A stretch of DNA of 63,270 nt, counting the filler, from Sluysia triapertura (lineage: Eukaryota): assembly GCA_046118255.1 (NCBI GenBank). It is 4 parts of 4 records of this genome, joined end to end, with 100 filler letters (N's around TTAATTAATTAA, not from the genome) between each part and the next. Parts side by side here need not be neighbours in the genome. Positions count along the whole stretch, not along the records: positions 1 to 20,699 come from JBJNIA010008878.1; positions 20,800 to 33,752 come from JBJNIA010069617.1; 2 more parts are not named here. One strand, given 5' to 3'. A program made the position numbers and the translations under genes. The stretch's first letter is position 1. Each line of letters begins with the position of its first letter. The notes beneath the pieces are model-generated. The model was not told where the DNA came from. It saw only the letters and a list, made by a program, of their open reading frames with translations, and made no database searches. Positions 14,501 to 28,679 of the stretch are shown piece by piece.

Positions 14501-14654
14501 ACAACTTGTAGAATTTTTGATTCTATAATAAAATAAAGTACAATGAACAAAATTCTGATAAAATAAAAACTTATATTTTATTAAAATTTTGGTATCAGAT
14601 AAAATAAAAATGACACAATTTTTAATAATAATTTTAAGTTATGAATATTATTAA

Positions 14655-15157
14655 CCCTTTAACCGCCGGTGAGCGTACTTTTGCGAACATAAATTTATTT
14701 GAGAGATTAAATGAAATATATGTAAGAAAAGCCATTAAAAAGCTGGCGCCATTTGCGTTAGTGTTAATTTCAAAATTAATAAACAATGTATAATTTTTCA
14801 TGAATTTTCAATAAAATAGCATAACATGTGAAAATAGGTAAATTTAGTATTCTCTATCAAAGTGTAATATAGCGTGGAATGTTGTAAAGCAATCTGCCAT
14901 CTTCTTACAAAAGTAATAATAACTTCATACTTTATAATATTTTCACTTATTTTATTTGATTCAAATATTTTTCTCACAAAATGGTGGTATATTATTGAAA
15001 TAACTTTGTGCACATACACTTTAAAAGCAGAAACGATTCTGCAAAACACTGTCCTTATTTAATCCTCTAAGACAATATGTAACATGATCTGCTTAAGCCT
15101 GAGAAACTTGCAGAGAAATACGAGTGGGACCAATTGTTCCCAGCGGTGGCGAAAGGG
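14655..15157. mobile_element. Non-autonomous piggyBac-like element (MITE), 503 bp
   Basis: TTAA on both flanks (14651-14654, 15158-15161). Ends CCCTTTAACCGCCGGTG / CAGCGGTGGCGAAAGGG form a 13/17 inverted match. Confidence 0.75.
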
Positions 15158-15164
15158 TTAAAAG

Positions 15165-15520
15165 ATAACTTTCAATAAAACTATAAACTTAAATTTATAA
15201 ACTTAACTATTAATTAATTAATTATTTATTTATTTAAATATTTAAATTTTTAAGCAAAATTATAAAATTATAAATTTATAAAATTATAAATTATACTTCT
15301 TCTTATCAACTCATCTTAATTATTATTTACCATTTTAGAAAATATTTAATTTATTTAAAAAACAATTATAATCATTTTATATACATCTTAGAATAGGTTT
15401 GAAAATAAAAACAAGGTATATATTAGAAAAATTCGTAATCCATCTATGCAATAGTGTGAGAAACTTAAGATACTTTTTTATGAATAGTTAGCTGCGCGGC
15501 TGAACCTATGACGTATAAGT
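15165..15520 (-). mobile_element. Probable LTR-end / leader remnant of the same Gypsy-like family as 29760-30664
   Basis: Minus strand TTCTCACACTATTGCA (15447-15462) resembles the LTR ends at 40943 and 30214. Adjacent AAATTATAA/AAACTT repeats resemble the leader at 29800-30130. Confidence 0.3.
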
Positions 15521-18057
15521 TTATTATTCAGAAGTCAAATAAATACCAAATATTTTGCAAAATGCATAATAAAATCTCTAACTAGTAAGTCATCACAATG
15601 TCATTCATCATGTTCACTTCATAATTATGCGTTCGTAAATCATCAAATAGAGTAAACTTTCAACATTTATTTTCTGTTTCAAACTCTATACAACCCTTTA
15701 ATTTAGGAAATTATCATTAAACTATTCTGTTACAAATTTTGTATGAAACAGTCTGATTTTACAGATATTCCTAAGGCCTAAACTTTATATTTTTCATTGA
15801 ACTTCTTTTGTAATAAATAATTAAGCAACTGCAATTAAACGCCAATTCATATATCATTGGAACAAATATGTATTTCTAGATTTCATTGTGACTAAAAGAT
15901 AATTTTGACAGTTAGTAATTTTTAACAAATAAAGTTGATTCGAAGACTGTTGTATTTTCTTTTGTCACTCTATATATAAAAATTGTCTGACTATGACTGG
16001 TGTTTCTCTAAATGTTAATGTTAAAGATTAGAACAAAGTTGATAGTTATGATGAGATTTAAAGATTGTATTGACGTTAAACATGCAAACCAAGAAAAATT
16101 TCGACTTTAATGTGATCAGGTTATAAATAGAACTGTGAGAATGCGATATCTTAAAGATAATTTTCTGATAATGATTTAAAAGATGTAATTGAGCTTAGTC
16201 ATTGTAAATAATTGTGAATTATCAATATATATTATCCAGATTTCTTCTTAGTAACTTAAAATCTGTTATGGTTCATTATGTATTTAGAGACCCTGCATGT
16301 ATTGAAAGCTTAGTTGCGGAAAACACTGTGAAAAACATTTAACAATAGCTTTGATAAAATTCCGAAGAAGTTGAGCTTATTTGCAGATTCTTCACAAGAT
16401 CTCTAGATAAAAGATTATATGCACATGCTAAAAATTTCTTATATAGTTACATATAAGAAATAATGATAATATGAAAATAAGCGAAGGTTGTAACCTTATT
16501 ATTAGTATAATACAATAGAGTATTGTTTGATGATTTCTTAACCATTTGGGATGGCTTTTTATAGAAATTTTCTTCATATCTTTTGAAAGATATCAAAAAG
16601 TTTCAGAAATGCCATTTTTATTCATCTAAATGTTTCTTTTTGTAAGATACGTAATGAAACATATATCTTATCTTCTTTTTACTTCCTCTGCATACAATGC
16701 AAACTTTTTGAGGGTTTTTGATAAGGTCAGATACATAAATGAATGATGAAAAATATGTATCACCCAACCTAAAATGATTTTCAAAGGTGGTCTTCCTCTC
16801 TATATTTCTCTTAGGCTGCCAACTTTTCTAATTCGTTATTTCTTGAAGTCCATAAATTAACCTTTTTGTGGAATTTTTTATCTTGGTTAAGGAAGTTTGC
16901 ATTGAAGAGAAAAAGATCCAGGATGTAGAAAAAAAGTTTATTATATCATTTGATTTTTTTCTAATTTTTCAAGCTTTTCATTCGAGCAAAAAAACTTTAT
17001 TTTTCTAGGAAATAGTACATGTTTTTGTATCAAATGAAAGCTAGTGTGATATTCTTTAATTTGATATCAATTCTGAAAAATTCCTATCATCTTTATAAAC
17101 CTACCAGATAAATTGATGAAAGAAAAATATTTGGTTTGTGGAAACAATTCGTAATAACGTTCTATAAGTTTCTATTTTTTGCATACTTCTATTTTCACTT
17201 ACTTCATACTTTATACTTTAAAAACCTTTCATTGATGTGAAAATTTATTTAAAAATAATTATGAAGGACAGCAAACAAAATACGAATTATTTTTTAAGTA
17301 AAACTTGACAAAAAATAAATGTTTAGCGAAAAACTTTCTGCGTAATATATAAAAATAAAAATATACAAGAAATAATTATAATATAAATAATATTAAATAC
17401 TTAAAATCATTATACATTATAAATTCATAAAGTTATTGTTATTATTAATATTATTAATAATAAATGATTAAGCAAAGTGTAGTAAATAGGAAATAAGTTT
17501 TGTTTTAGTAAAGCTATACATAATTTAAACTAGTAATTAGTTTAAAAGAAAATTTGTAATTAAAAAATAAATTTGAAAAAGTAATATTTACTTATTATAT
17601 AATTAATATAATGATAATAATAGATATACATTGGTTGTATTTATTAATTTAAAAAAATTAATTAATTAATTAAATCAGTATAGTTTTATATCTTTTTATT
17701 ATTTTATGTTATCTTATTTAAAATATTTGTAAAAATAATTCTGAAGACTGAGTCAATTTCAGTCCGTATTAAAACAAACTAAAAATATTGTAATTATTAA
17801 GATTATTTATTTGCAAATGTTTATAATGTGTAATACATTAGTTTGGTTTACTGATGATTGATAAACATTTTACAATTTGGTATAGTATTGAATATTTATT
17901 AATATTTATTGTGCATTTTGTTAATTTCAGTTTAGTTTACGTGAATTATTTTGGATTCATAAAACAAATGTACTTTTAAAGTATAATTATTTTTAATTAT
18001 AAAAAATTTCAAATGTATTTCTAATTATTTCTGTTTCTATTGATAATTATAGGTTAA

Positions 18058-18433
18058 CACTAGAAGGATCAAGTGCGTCAATTGACGCAAATGACATATT
18101 TAAGTAATGCCATCATCGGAGTTTACATGGGAAAATTATGAAAAAAATACAATGATGTCACAACCTTAATTCCAACACACTTCTGAAAGTACCAGCCAAT
18201 TGACTACTTGCAGAATAATGTTAAACTTCCATATTCGAACGATTTATACTTCTTAGAGAGACAACTGTAGAATTTCTTAAGTGATATTTTATATCTGATA
18301 AATTTTCCCAATCTAAATATTTTTTGATGATATAATTTTATTTAAACAATAATAAACAAGAAATTGTTTATTCTTTAAACATTAATTCAATTAGTTCGTA
18401 TCTTTAACTTAATCGCATACTTTCCTTCTAGAG
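18058..18433. mobile_element. piggyBac-like MITE
   Basis: TTAA|CACTAGAAGG, then the palindrome TGCGTCAATTGACGCA (18074-18089). Right end CCTTCTAGAG (18424-18433) is a 9/10 inverted match; right TTAA degenerate. Confidence 0.6.
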
Positions 18434-20699
18434 CGTAAAAACTTGTATACTTAATAACTTTAGAATAACCGTTTTTATTATCTAGTATGTATTTATGACA
18501 CCTCAGAAATTAGGATTTCTTCATTAAAAATTTATTTCTCTTTATTAATTCAACGAGAACCGTCATTTTACATTTTACTGCAAACTAAAAATATCTTAAT
18601 ACAAAAGTCGTACCGCTCATTATATAATTAAAAACATTATGTACCTAATTTGACGTAAACTAATGCGACCAATAATGATTCAAATTAATTATTAATAATT
18701 ACATTCCCTGATATGAAAGGTAAACCAGCTTAATATTGATTAAGAATTTGAGTCTATTTTATTTATTCTTTAACGAAGAACAAACAATTATTTTCCAAAG
18801 TATTTATAAACAATTATTTCGATAGATTTTCTTGAAAATTGTCCTTAGCAGATTTATTTTAGGTGTTAAAATTAGTTGGTTATTCTTTTGTTATTATCAT
18901 CAAAAATTCGGTTCCAAATTTTCTCATTCATTTATTTTTTGGTTCGCTTTTAACAATGAATTTACAAAAAACAATATTTCATTAAATGAAAACATCCATT
19001 TCCAATAAATGTATAATAATTGTAGTATTCGATTATAAACTCTAAGTTTACAAGATTTATATTTCATTAAAATGATAGAATTATTTTTTTATTTTCTTTT
19101 ATTATAATTTTAATTTCATCATTTAATTTTTCATTTAATCCATATTAAAAATTCTACAAAATAAAATTACTTTAATTAGATCCTAAAATAAATAATGTTA
19201 ATTCCAAATGAGGTATGTAAAATAATGTATAATAATATCAAATATTTGTCATTCTAGTTTAAACATATTTATTTATTATTTATATTATATATTTATTATT
19301 CATTATTATTTATACCCTACATTTATTAATTTATATACATATTTATTCATCACTTATTCTACATTTATTCATTTTTTTATATTATATACTTATTAGTCTA
19401 TATACATGTTTGTTTATTACTCCAAATGCAATGATATTTCAGTTGATGACAATTATATGCAGCATTTTTGACACAGTTAACGACTATAGCGAATTTTTAT
19501 GTGTATAATGGATACGCATGTAATACTAAATACTAATTGATTTATTTATTGAAGTTGCTTATTTTTTGTTCAAAAATTTCATTTTATGATTAAGATTGTT
19601 AGTTTAATTATGTAAAAATATTATAAAATCGATATTATGTAAATCGATAACTTATGAATCATTTTCACTTAGTTTAGTGATGAATCTAGAATGAGCAATA
19701 ACTATTATTCAATATATAATAATCTAACCAGTGATTCCCTGATATAAGTTATATTAAATAATAACGATTTGTCGCACATAAAATTTGATTGTGATTTCAT
19801 AAAACATATTATTGATTCTTGTAATGAATTAGTGAATTAATGACAATATGTTCCATTCAAATTAATACAAAATTTGAAAAAAAATTTGATTGAATCAACA
19901 TCATTTCCTATTTTTATTTTATCACACTGACCTAAACTGTTAATAGATGACGGACTTATTATTTATCTTTTAGTTTTTTGAATCAAGTATTTTCGTAACT
20001 AAATATACAACGAAACTACAAAAGTCGTTTTACAAATAGAAATCAAAAATTTCTTGGCTAATTTTTTATTAATTATAATAGTGAAATAGCTATATATATC
20101 TTAGTAAAAAGAGTGACACATTTAATAAAGTGTTTCACAGTTTTATAAATGTTTTAAGACGATTAGAACCAATAGTATCTCGATATAAATTAATCGCATT
20201 AAATTTTGTTAAATTATACATCGATAACAATGAATCAGACGATGCAGTCAAACGCCAAACTATATATTGCACAAAAACAATATTGTTTCAGAATCTTGTT
20301 ATTTCTGTTATAGAATTCATATTAGCGTTTATTTTTGGGTAAATCACCCTGCTAAAATATGTATACATGTTTTTTCAAGGCCTTAATCAGCCTTAAATTT
20401 AATAAACATATTTTATTTTAATAAAAATTAACAATAAAAAGTCATTTATGTCATAGCTAGGCAATTACAGGAACAATCCTAATTTAAATAAAGTTCTTAA
20501 AATTTCAAAAACATTAAACAATCCCTCAAACTAGAATAATTTCAAAATTATTTATCATAGTTTCCGTTTATAATTGCTTATGAGTAATATCATATTGCTG
20601 GGTGTTTTCTTAACCTAAAAACTTAACCTACAGCAAAAATAACTAATTATTATGAGTCCGTTTACAGTATACGACTTACCAATGGCGTACCTGTAAAAA

Positions 20700-20799
20700 N
20701 NNNNNNNNNNNNNNNNNNNNNNNNNNNNNNNNNNNNNNNNNNNTTAATTAATTAANNNNNNNNNNNNNNNNNNNNNNNNNNNNNNNNNNNNNNNNNNNN
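20700..20799. other. Artificial contig linker (assembly gap)
   Basis: N44-TTAATTAATTAA-N44, exactly 100 bp, with stops in all six frames. Confidence 0.98.
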
Positions 20800-22157
20800 C
20801 TTGCATGAACTCGGTCAAACCATATCTTCATCGAAAGGTCTTTTCAAAACAAATACATACACAGTTTCAAATTTAATATAGCATTCCGCATTCAAAATTT
20901 ATTCACAAAAACGTATTTTTTCTTAATTAAGTTAATTAAGGTTTTTAATTAATTAATCTATTTTTAGACTTATTTCTTAGTAGTTTGTAAGACATTCAGG
21001 AGATTCTAGATGTTTTCATCTTCACATCTCTGATTTCTTTTTCTACTTCTTCATGTTAATTATTATCTTGAACAATGATTTTATTTTTCAAATATTTTAA
21101 AGATTTGATACACTTTATAATATTATTCGAAGATCTTAGATGCTTATCAAGGTTTCCAGAATACTCAAATTAACAAGCTCAAAGGTGTTCTAATACCTTC
21201 AAGGGTTTTTCAAGTCCTCTTCAAGTATCCACAAAGTCTCGACAACTTATATAGGTCTTTGGAACCTATGTTAAGGTTATAAATGTTTTTACTTTCATGA
21301 TTCTCATTTCAACAATGTTTGTAATGTTAAATCCATTACTTGTATCAAAATTTCCTACATTTTCTGATTTTATGTTTTCCTAATCCACAGTTGGACAATC
21401 CCAACATATCTCATTCCCGACGAAAATGTCTGATACAACAATTATGATACAACAATCAAGGAAGCAACATGACATTTAAATACACAAACAGCTTAAATAA
21501 ACAGATATTATAATTTCTATTTAAAAAAAATCAACCAAGACCATAACGTTTAACATAAGAAATAAAACACTTCAACATTGAACTTAATTTTAAATACTAA
21601 AAGCATAATCAATTTACAATTTTAGTAATAAAGAATTCTTAGTACAAGCAAAAATATTAATTGTATCATCAAAATATTAACCAAAGGAAACATCAAATAT
21701 TCGAACATTTATGAATAAAGTAACAGCTAAACAATTAGATATAAACATTAACAATTATAGTATTTACTGTTTTCCATGTGGAAAAAGGCAAAAATCAAAA
21801 TTAATTTCATCAAGTAAAAAAATTATTTATTCCAATAATAAATTAAAATTACAATAAGTGAGTATATCATAAATATAAAATTATAAATTACAATTAAAAA
21901 GAATTTTCTTTAAGTATTTATCTACTTAAATTAAATAATTTAATCATAAGTTTATATTATTATTATTAATATTAAACGATAAATTAATACAAAATCTTAT
22001 TTCATATTTATAATAGAAATTAAAATTATCAATTTAAATTATTAATTAAACTTTAAATTATATTGTTTAAACGAACTAAATTAATTCAAAGGTAGTACGA
22101 TGGATTTTCAAATTACAATTATGCGTGTATCTGCGAAAAGTTCACTAACATAAATAT

Positions 22158-22210
22158 TGCATGGATCAGTACTAAGGCACAGAAAATTTTTCTGTGCCTT
22201 AGTCCATGCA
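22158..22210. repeat. Near-perfect inverted repeat / hairpin
   Basis: ACTAAGGCACAGAAAA-T-TTTTCTGTGCCTTAGT (perfect 16-bp arms), extended by TGCATGG...CCATGCA around a 6-nt bulge. Confidence 0.85.
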
Positions 22211-23560
22211 TACATCATTATCAGAATAAAATTAATGCTTGCAATTTGAATTGAGAAAAAGAAGACATTATATGACCGCAAAAAAGTAGATTAAAATATA
22301 AAAGATCGTTAGTATTTTATTAAATAATTAAATTAACGTAGGCCACGACCCATCAAAAACGATGTAAACATGATATAGATATGTTAAGTTTGATGTTGTA
22401 AGTATACTTATAATTTATTTTATTATTTAAACCAAAATTTTCAAAATCAGAGTCAAATGACTTTGGTTAGGATGAAGATGAAAATGATAATTGTTTTTGT
22501 TTAGCAGCTGGAAAATTGTTTAATGAATTAGGAATTCATTTAGGTGATCCAATCAATTAATTAAAAGAATCGAAACATGCTAAAGCTGGTGAATGCACAA
22601 TCCTCCTTTGTAAGTTTATAAAATTAATGTTAAATTTTGTTTTTTGTAATAATGCTATAATATCGAATACATGTGCACTTTTTGGTCAAAATTTTATAAC
22701 TAATCTTAAAAATAATTACAATACAGCTCATTTATTTTGTTTAAACCGTAAATGCGTTAAAGAAAATATAACGCACATGTAAAGTAAATGTAAATAATCG
22801 ATTTATCAACAAATTTATTATTTTCTTAAGTTTTTATAATTTTAATTTAATTATTATTTGCAATTACATAGTTGTGGAACAATAATTTTTTATTACATAT
22901 TACTAAAGTTGTTTTAAATTTTTTGTGCTAAATTATTCATCCCTTTTTATAAATATCTCGAATTAATAATAATGTGCAGCAAAACATCAATTAAATTTAA
23001 AGATAAATTTTCAAAAAACTTTATCCTTTCTAGTTACTTAATATGTAATATGTATAAAATTTAATAAAAGATCAACTTTGAATTTACTTTTTAGTATAGA
23101 AATTTAATTTGAAATATGTATACGTATTATTAAAACCATTTGAATTAATTTTAATAAAAATGATTATATTTTAAATTAGATGTTTTATTAAGTAATAAAT
23201 TTTAATTATAATTATTATTATCCACAAATTATATCATGAAAAACTTAAATATTTTTAACTTTATATTTATTTAATAATTTTAAATGATACTTCATATCTA
23301 ATTATTCTAAGGTTATATGTATTATTTTTGCGGAGATTTTGTTTGCCTTTAATTATTATATTTGCGTTCGAATACTGGGTCGTTTATTGCATTCTTTCAG
23401 AAAATGAAAATTCTCCGCAACCTTTATAAATAAATGAATCATAAAATTTATACGAGACAGATTAAAAATTTCACTATAGCGTCCAATTCACAAAAATAGA
23501 CACAAAACTCATAAGACTGTCAAATTGTCCTGGAAACTAAAATAGAATGAGCAAAGTAAA

Positions 23561-23620
23561 TTAACCCATTCGCTGCCAAACCCAAATTGTATGAAGTTAT
23601 TCGCTGTGCCAATTCTATTT
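23561..23620. mobile_element. piggyBac-like terminus
   Basis: TTAA|CCCATTCGCTGCCAAACCC with an internal repeat ATTCGCTGTGCCAA; partner end not confidently found. Confidence 0.35.
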
Positions 23621-26600
23621 AATTTAAATAATCGAAATTCCCTCTAAATAAACAATTTATTTTCAAGTTTTTACACCTGTATATTTATGTTTGTGGCCAC
23701 AAATGGTTTGCAAGTTCCACAATTAATTTAACTATTCAAAGAAAGATAGGTTTAATCTAGTCAATAAGGCAACAAAAAGTTATTTTAAAGTGCAATCAAT
23801 AAAGTAACTCGATTTGTCATTTTAAGAACAGTAATTTTGAAACATCATGAGGTTAAACGACAACCAATTGTAGTTTTCAGCAGAATTACTTTAATTTAGA
23901 AACTGTTGAAGTTTACCAGTTTAGTTTTATTAATTATTTTGAAATAATAAAATCTATAAAATAGTGTTAAATATCATTAATAGTAATAGATGAAAAATGA
24001 ATGTAATTTATGTTTTTTGGTCCCTACAACTCGACTCAAAAACACAACTCAATCCGTCTCAAAGGTATATTCTATCACCCCTACAGAAAGATTTACAGCA
24101 AAAGATTTACAATAATAAATGAAAGGTAAATGTTTTATTTATTGTAATTTTATGTTCTTAGGTCTTCACGACCGGATCAAAAAGCATAATTCAATTTGTT
24201 TCAAAAGTATGTTTTATTTAATGTAATTTTATATTTTTATAATAATAATAATATAATAATATAATGATGATGACCATAATAATATAATAATAATTTAATG
24301 ATAATGATGTTAATATTGATAATTATAATAATATTTATAATATTAATAATGATCATATTAATAATAATAATAATATAATGATGATGCCAATAATATAATG
24401 ATAATATTGGTAATAATAAAAATGAAAATATTGATAATATAATGATAATGATAATTAATAATAATAAATGTAATAATAATAATAATAATATTAATAATAA
24501 TAATAAATTAAATTCAGTGGATGAGTTATATAAAAAGAAAAATGAACAAAAAGGTACATACTCGGATAAAGATTTACAACATATATATTACATTCAAAAT
24601 CATTGGAGTCAGCCACCCCACTATCACTAAAATGTTTTCGAAGTTACATTATTACTATTTCGATAACAATAAATGTACATTTTCCGAATTTACTACAGGC
24701 CGATCCCATATTTTTATCATATGCCACAAAATCCAAAGAACGGTATTGCATATAGCAATATAGTATCAGTTGACATGGAAAATTCTTTTCACAGATGGCA
24801 TGTAAAATAGTTTCATAATAAAAAAATTATATCCATTGACTATAAAAGAAAATTAGTTTTAAAAATAAAAAAAATCGAAAATATTGGCGCAATAAATAAA
24901 TAGAAAAAGTTGCATAAAAATTAATTGTTAACCAAACAAATATATGTTTTAATTAAATAATTAAACGATTTTAATTTTTATTTTGCATATTTTTTCATAA
25001 ATGCCATCAAACACGTTCATACTGACACTGAGTATTCTCAAATTGAGATTGTGAGAGCCCAGCGCACACTACGAATGTAAACAACCACTACCCAGCTATT
25101 ATAAAAGAATCTATTAATTAGTATACGACTAAATATCCAAATCCGAAAAATATTTTTGAAAAAAATGAATAAACTTTTTTCATAATTAAATCTAAATTAG
25201 GTTATTTTAACAAAACTATTGATATATGTATAAGTTATGAAAAAAAACTTAAATTGTAAGACTAAATAATTTAGATTTGATGCTACATTAAGATTAGACA
25301 TTGTTTATTGCTGTGCTCAGAAATATTACGTTTTCTACTAAGAACCGAACATTAGTTAAAACAAAGATAATAATACATGATCGTTGAATTTACTAATCTC
25401 GTGATTTGATCAAATAAGGGTGATGTGAATGACATTATAGTAATTCGTAAATTTTGAAAACATTCAAAGTAAATACGAATTGTTTGCAAAAAAAGGAATT
25501 GTAATTTCAACGAATAAACGAGATTTTAAATAAAGATGCACCATCTATTCAAGTAATCAAATTAAAACATTTATGCACAAATAAATAATTTGTTAACATC
25601 TAATTGATAAATAAATTGTTTGTTTCTTGAAGATATTATTCGTTTCATTGAATTTTTCACAAATATAGTGCTTACGTTATTTTGACTGATGCCCTTGCAA
25701 TTTCTAAAACAATAGCTATATATAAAGGAAATTCCTAGAAAAGTTAGAAAAATACAATATTTTTACTAAGTCATTAACTGATTTATCCTCCCAATGTTTT
25801 AAGAAGTATGACTTCATTAAGCAGTCTAATTAGCAATATTGAAAAACCGACTTTATTCAATATTATTATTAAAAATAAAGCAAAAATCCGACAGTTTTTG
25901 AAAGAAATTTTCCAAATAACTCGATTGTCAAGTGGTTAAAACGCCATAATCCAAATATTTAATATTATACTTCTTTTTGGAAAAATAATCTCGATATTAA
26001 ATACATACTCCATTTTTACACGATCAAACACACCAAGACATCAAGAATTGATCATTCAAATAAATATTACCTAGAGGTAGTTAAAATATCTTTGTCATAA
26101 GTAAAGATACACAAACAAAAAAGCAAATATACAAAAACCAAATCAGAGAATAGGCTATGAAAATTGTGGTAAACGAAAAAAAGCTTATAAACTATTGTTT
26201 TTATAACATTAGTTTTTGTCTTATATGAATGTAACAAAATATTCCTTTGTAAATTAATGCTGAAACAATACATATTGAATAACAATTATTTATTTAAAAT
26301 CGCAATTATTTGCTTCTTAAATTTATAACAAAAATGATAGCAATAAATTATATTATATTTATTCGAGCGATTTCTTAAAACAAAATCACAAAAAAATTTA
26401 GTTTTTCTTTAAACATGTAAACAAGCCATAACTAAAATAGATTTCAAAAATTTTTAGCACCAATTTATAAGATTCTTTTAAATTATACTCAAGATTATTT
26501 GCAGTTAGATTTATTATTAATACTAAAAAATAGAATCTTTATCTTAGAGAAATTGATAAATTAAGGTTTATTATTTATCACATTATTTGGAAGAGTGTAA

Positions 26601-26887
26601 TTTTTGGTTATTTAACAAAATTTATTGATTTGTGAGTTGATAACTCTTGAAATAATGTGTACATACAAAATTCATAAAATATAACCTAAGTATTACTGGT
26701 GCACTTAAAATATTATATTATGTATTATTTTTTTTAAATTTTCACATTAACTGCAAAAACATCATATTAGAATTAACAGGAATATGGTAATATTTCTAAA
26801 CTATCGATTTATATAAAAAATACTGAAGAATTTATTTCATGTTTCGTAAATGTTTAATATTTTGAACTTAACTTGTTCAAATGTTAC

Positions 26888-27400
26888 TGTAGTGGCCAAC
26901 ACTCACAACTTAAAATCTTTCAAAACATAATAATCAATATACATGACTTAAATTTCACTAAAACATAATTTCTAAAGCAATCACACTTCTTACTATCAAA
27001 CTACATCAACTCAATCTTCATAAACAACACCCGACATTTATAACATCTCAACAACTCATATATATATCAACAATTCGATTAATACCCTTAACCATCTACC
27101 TCGCAACATGCTATGATATTAAATCCCGAATAATCCACAAAATTTACTCAAAAACTATTTGATCAAATAAACCACAACCATAATACATAATATATAAATC
27201 ATAAATACACCAACACCACTTAACAACATTAACAAGTACCTTAGACATAGAAAACATCTACGCTTAAATCTCGAATCAACTAAACCAAACCAAACCCACT
27301 TCATTTATACATATTCATCATCAACACGTATTTTTAATAAGATCATAAATACGCTAAGATTTATTTTGTAATTGTCTTTTAAATCAAATAAAATACAACT
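26888..27400 (-). mobile_element. Strand-asymmetric LTR-like repeat ending ...CCACTACA (copy A)
   Basis: Plus strand starts TGTAGTGGCCAACACTCACAACTTAAAATC and is strongly A/C-rich. It matches the minus strand of 39900-40616 (TGTAGTGGTCAACATATATAACCTAAAATC). Confidence 0.55.
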
Positions 27401-27472
27401 TTTTAATATGTATTTCAAACCATTATATTCAACACATAAATCTTGTTTTCAAATTCAAACCTTAAACAAATC

Positions 27473-28178
27473 TTAAGAATTCATTAACATTTGTGGGTCT
27501 GTTTTTCTTTCCATTAGTGCAATCTTTTTAAATAACTTTCTTGCTTTATATTGCTGAGGATTGCTAGTTTCACTTAATATAACTAATCTTGGTTTAATAC
27601 TCTGCGCGTTAAACATATTTAAGTCTAAATTCAAAATTTTATACAAATTTCTATCGATATCATCATAATTTTCTAATTCGGTGAGGAACGCCTTCGTTTC
27701 TTCAATTAATGATGGTTCGGGAAAGTCTACTTTTCTTTGGCCATCCAAGTCAACTATTTGTTCTTCTTCTTCTTCTTCATTTCCTAATATATTCATTGAA
27801 TCTAGATCTTCAATTATATCATTAACTAAATCATCTTCGTTAATCGATTCCTCAATTTGGGTAGTTAATTCTTCTTCGTTTATTATATTATTATCTTTTC
27901 CCATCTTTTAATAATTGCTTCGACCTTTTTCTTTTCTTCTATTCCTGTGAGGTTGGTTTCTGTTGTTCCTTTACTACTTTCACTGTTTTTTTATCCTCAT
28001 TCTCCATTTTCCGAATAAAATACAAAAACTTTGCTTCTAATATCAGGGCTTCATATTTTTCATTATTAAATTTTGCTATTGCAAGAAAAATATTCCTATG
28101 ACTCTTCCTTACTTGTACCACATTATAGAATTTTCCTAATCTTCTAGGTAACAATCTATCTCTCCACTGATTCATCAT
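27473..28178 (-). CDS. Uncharacterised intronless ORF pair (basic 79 aa + very acidic 143 aa), probably one disrupted retroelement accessory ORF
   Basis: ORFs 27939-28178 and 27473-27904 are 34 bp apart in different frames. They are co-oriented with and directly downstream of gag. No recognisable domain. Confidence 0.5.
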
Positions 28179-28679
28179 ATCTAATTCTCTGTAATGTGTC
28201 TTTTATATCTAAAGATAATGGGATTTATTGTAAATAACCCCCTCACCTTTCCAATATCATTAAATTAAAATTTAATATCATTATTATAAACTGTTATATT
28301 GATAACTCAACAGGATCTTCTATAGGAATTTTTCATATAATAAATTGTGCGTCAACTGTACGTTGCACGTGAAGTTCAATAACATATTTGGATTAGTATC
28401 TTTATAAACATCAATTTAATATATACTTTCTTAAAACTTAAACATCGGAACATATTAACTTTAATTTTAAATTATAAAACTAATTAAAATAACTCATTTT
28501 TATACTACCTGCGTCTTAATACTTCGTATTACTTCATCATTAAAAATATTAATAATTTGTCCTTTTCATTTTTATTATTATAGGTAAACCTTACTTTCCT
28601 ATTAGGGCTTTGGTGTCTTTGTTGTTGAAGACTTCTTACCTTATAGAAATCCTCTCTAAACGTATTTTGTTTTAACTTT

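Noticed and set aside
20744-20755. TTAATTAATTAA palindrome as a biological motif
   Set aside because: Part of the synthetic scaffold linker, repeated identically three times.
24241-24630. Asn-rich ORF 24442-24630
   Set aside because: Degenerate AAT low-complexity tract; no coherent gene model.
28237-28252. Polypurine tract GGAAAGGTGAGGGG (minus strand) as the PPT of the gag element
   Set aside because: It is not followed by a sequence matching the putative 5' LTR (TGTTACGACCC).
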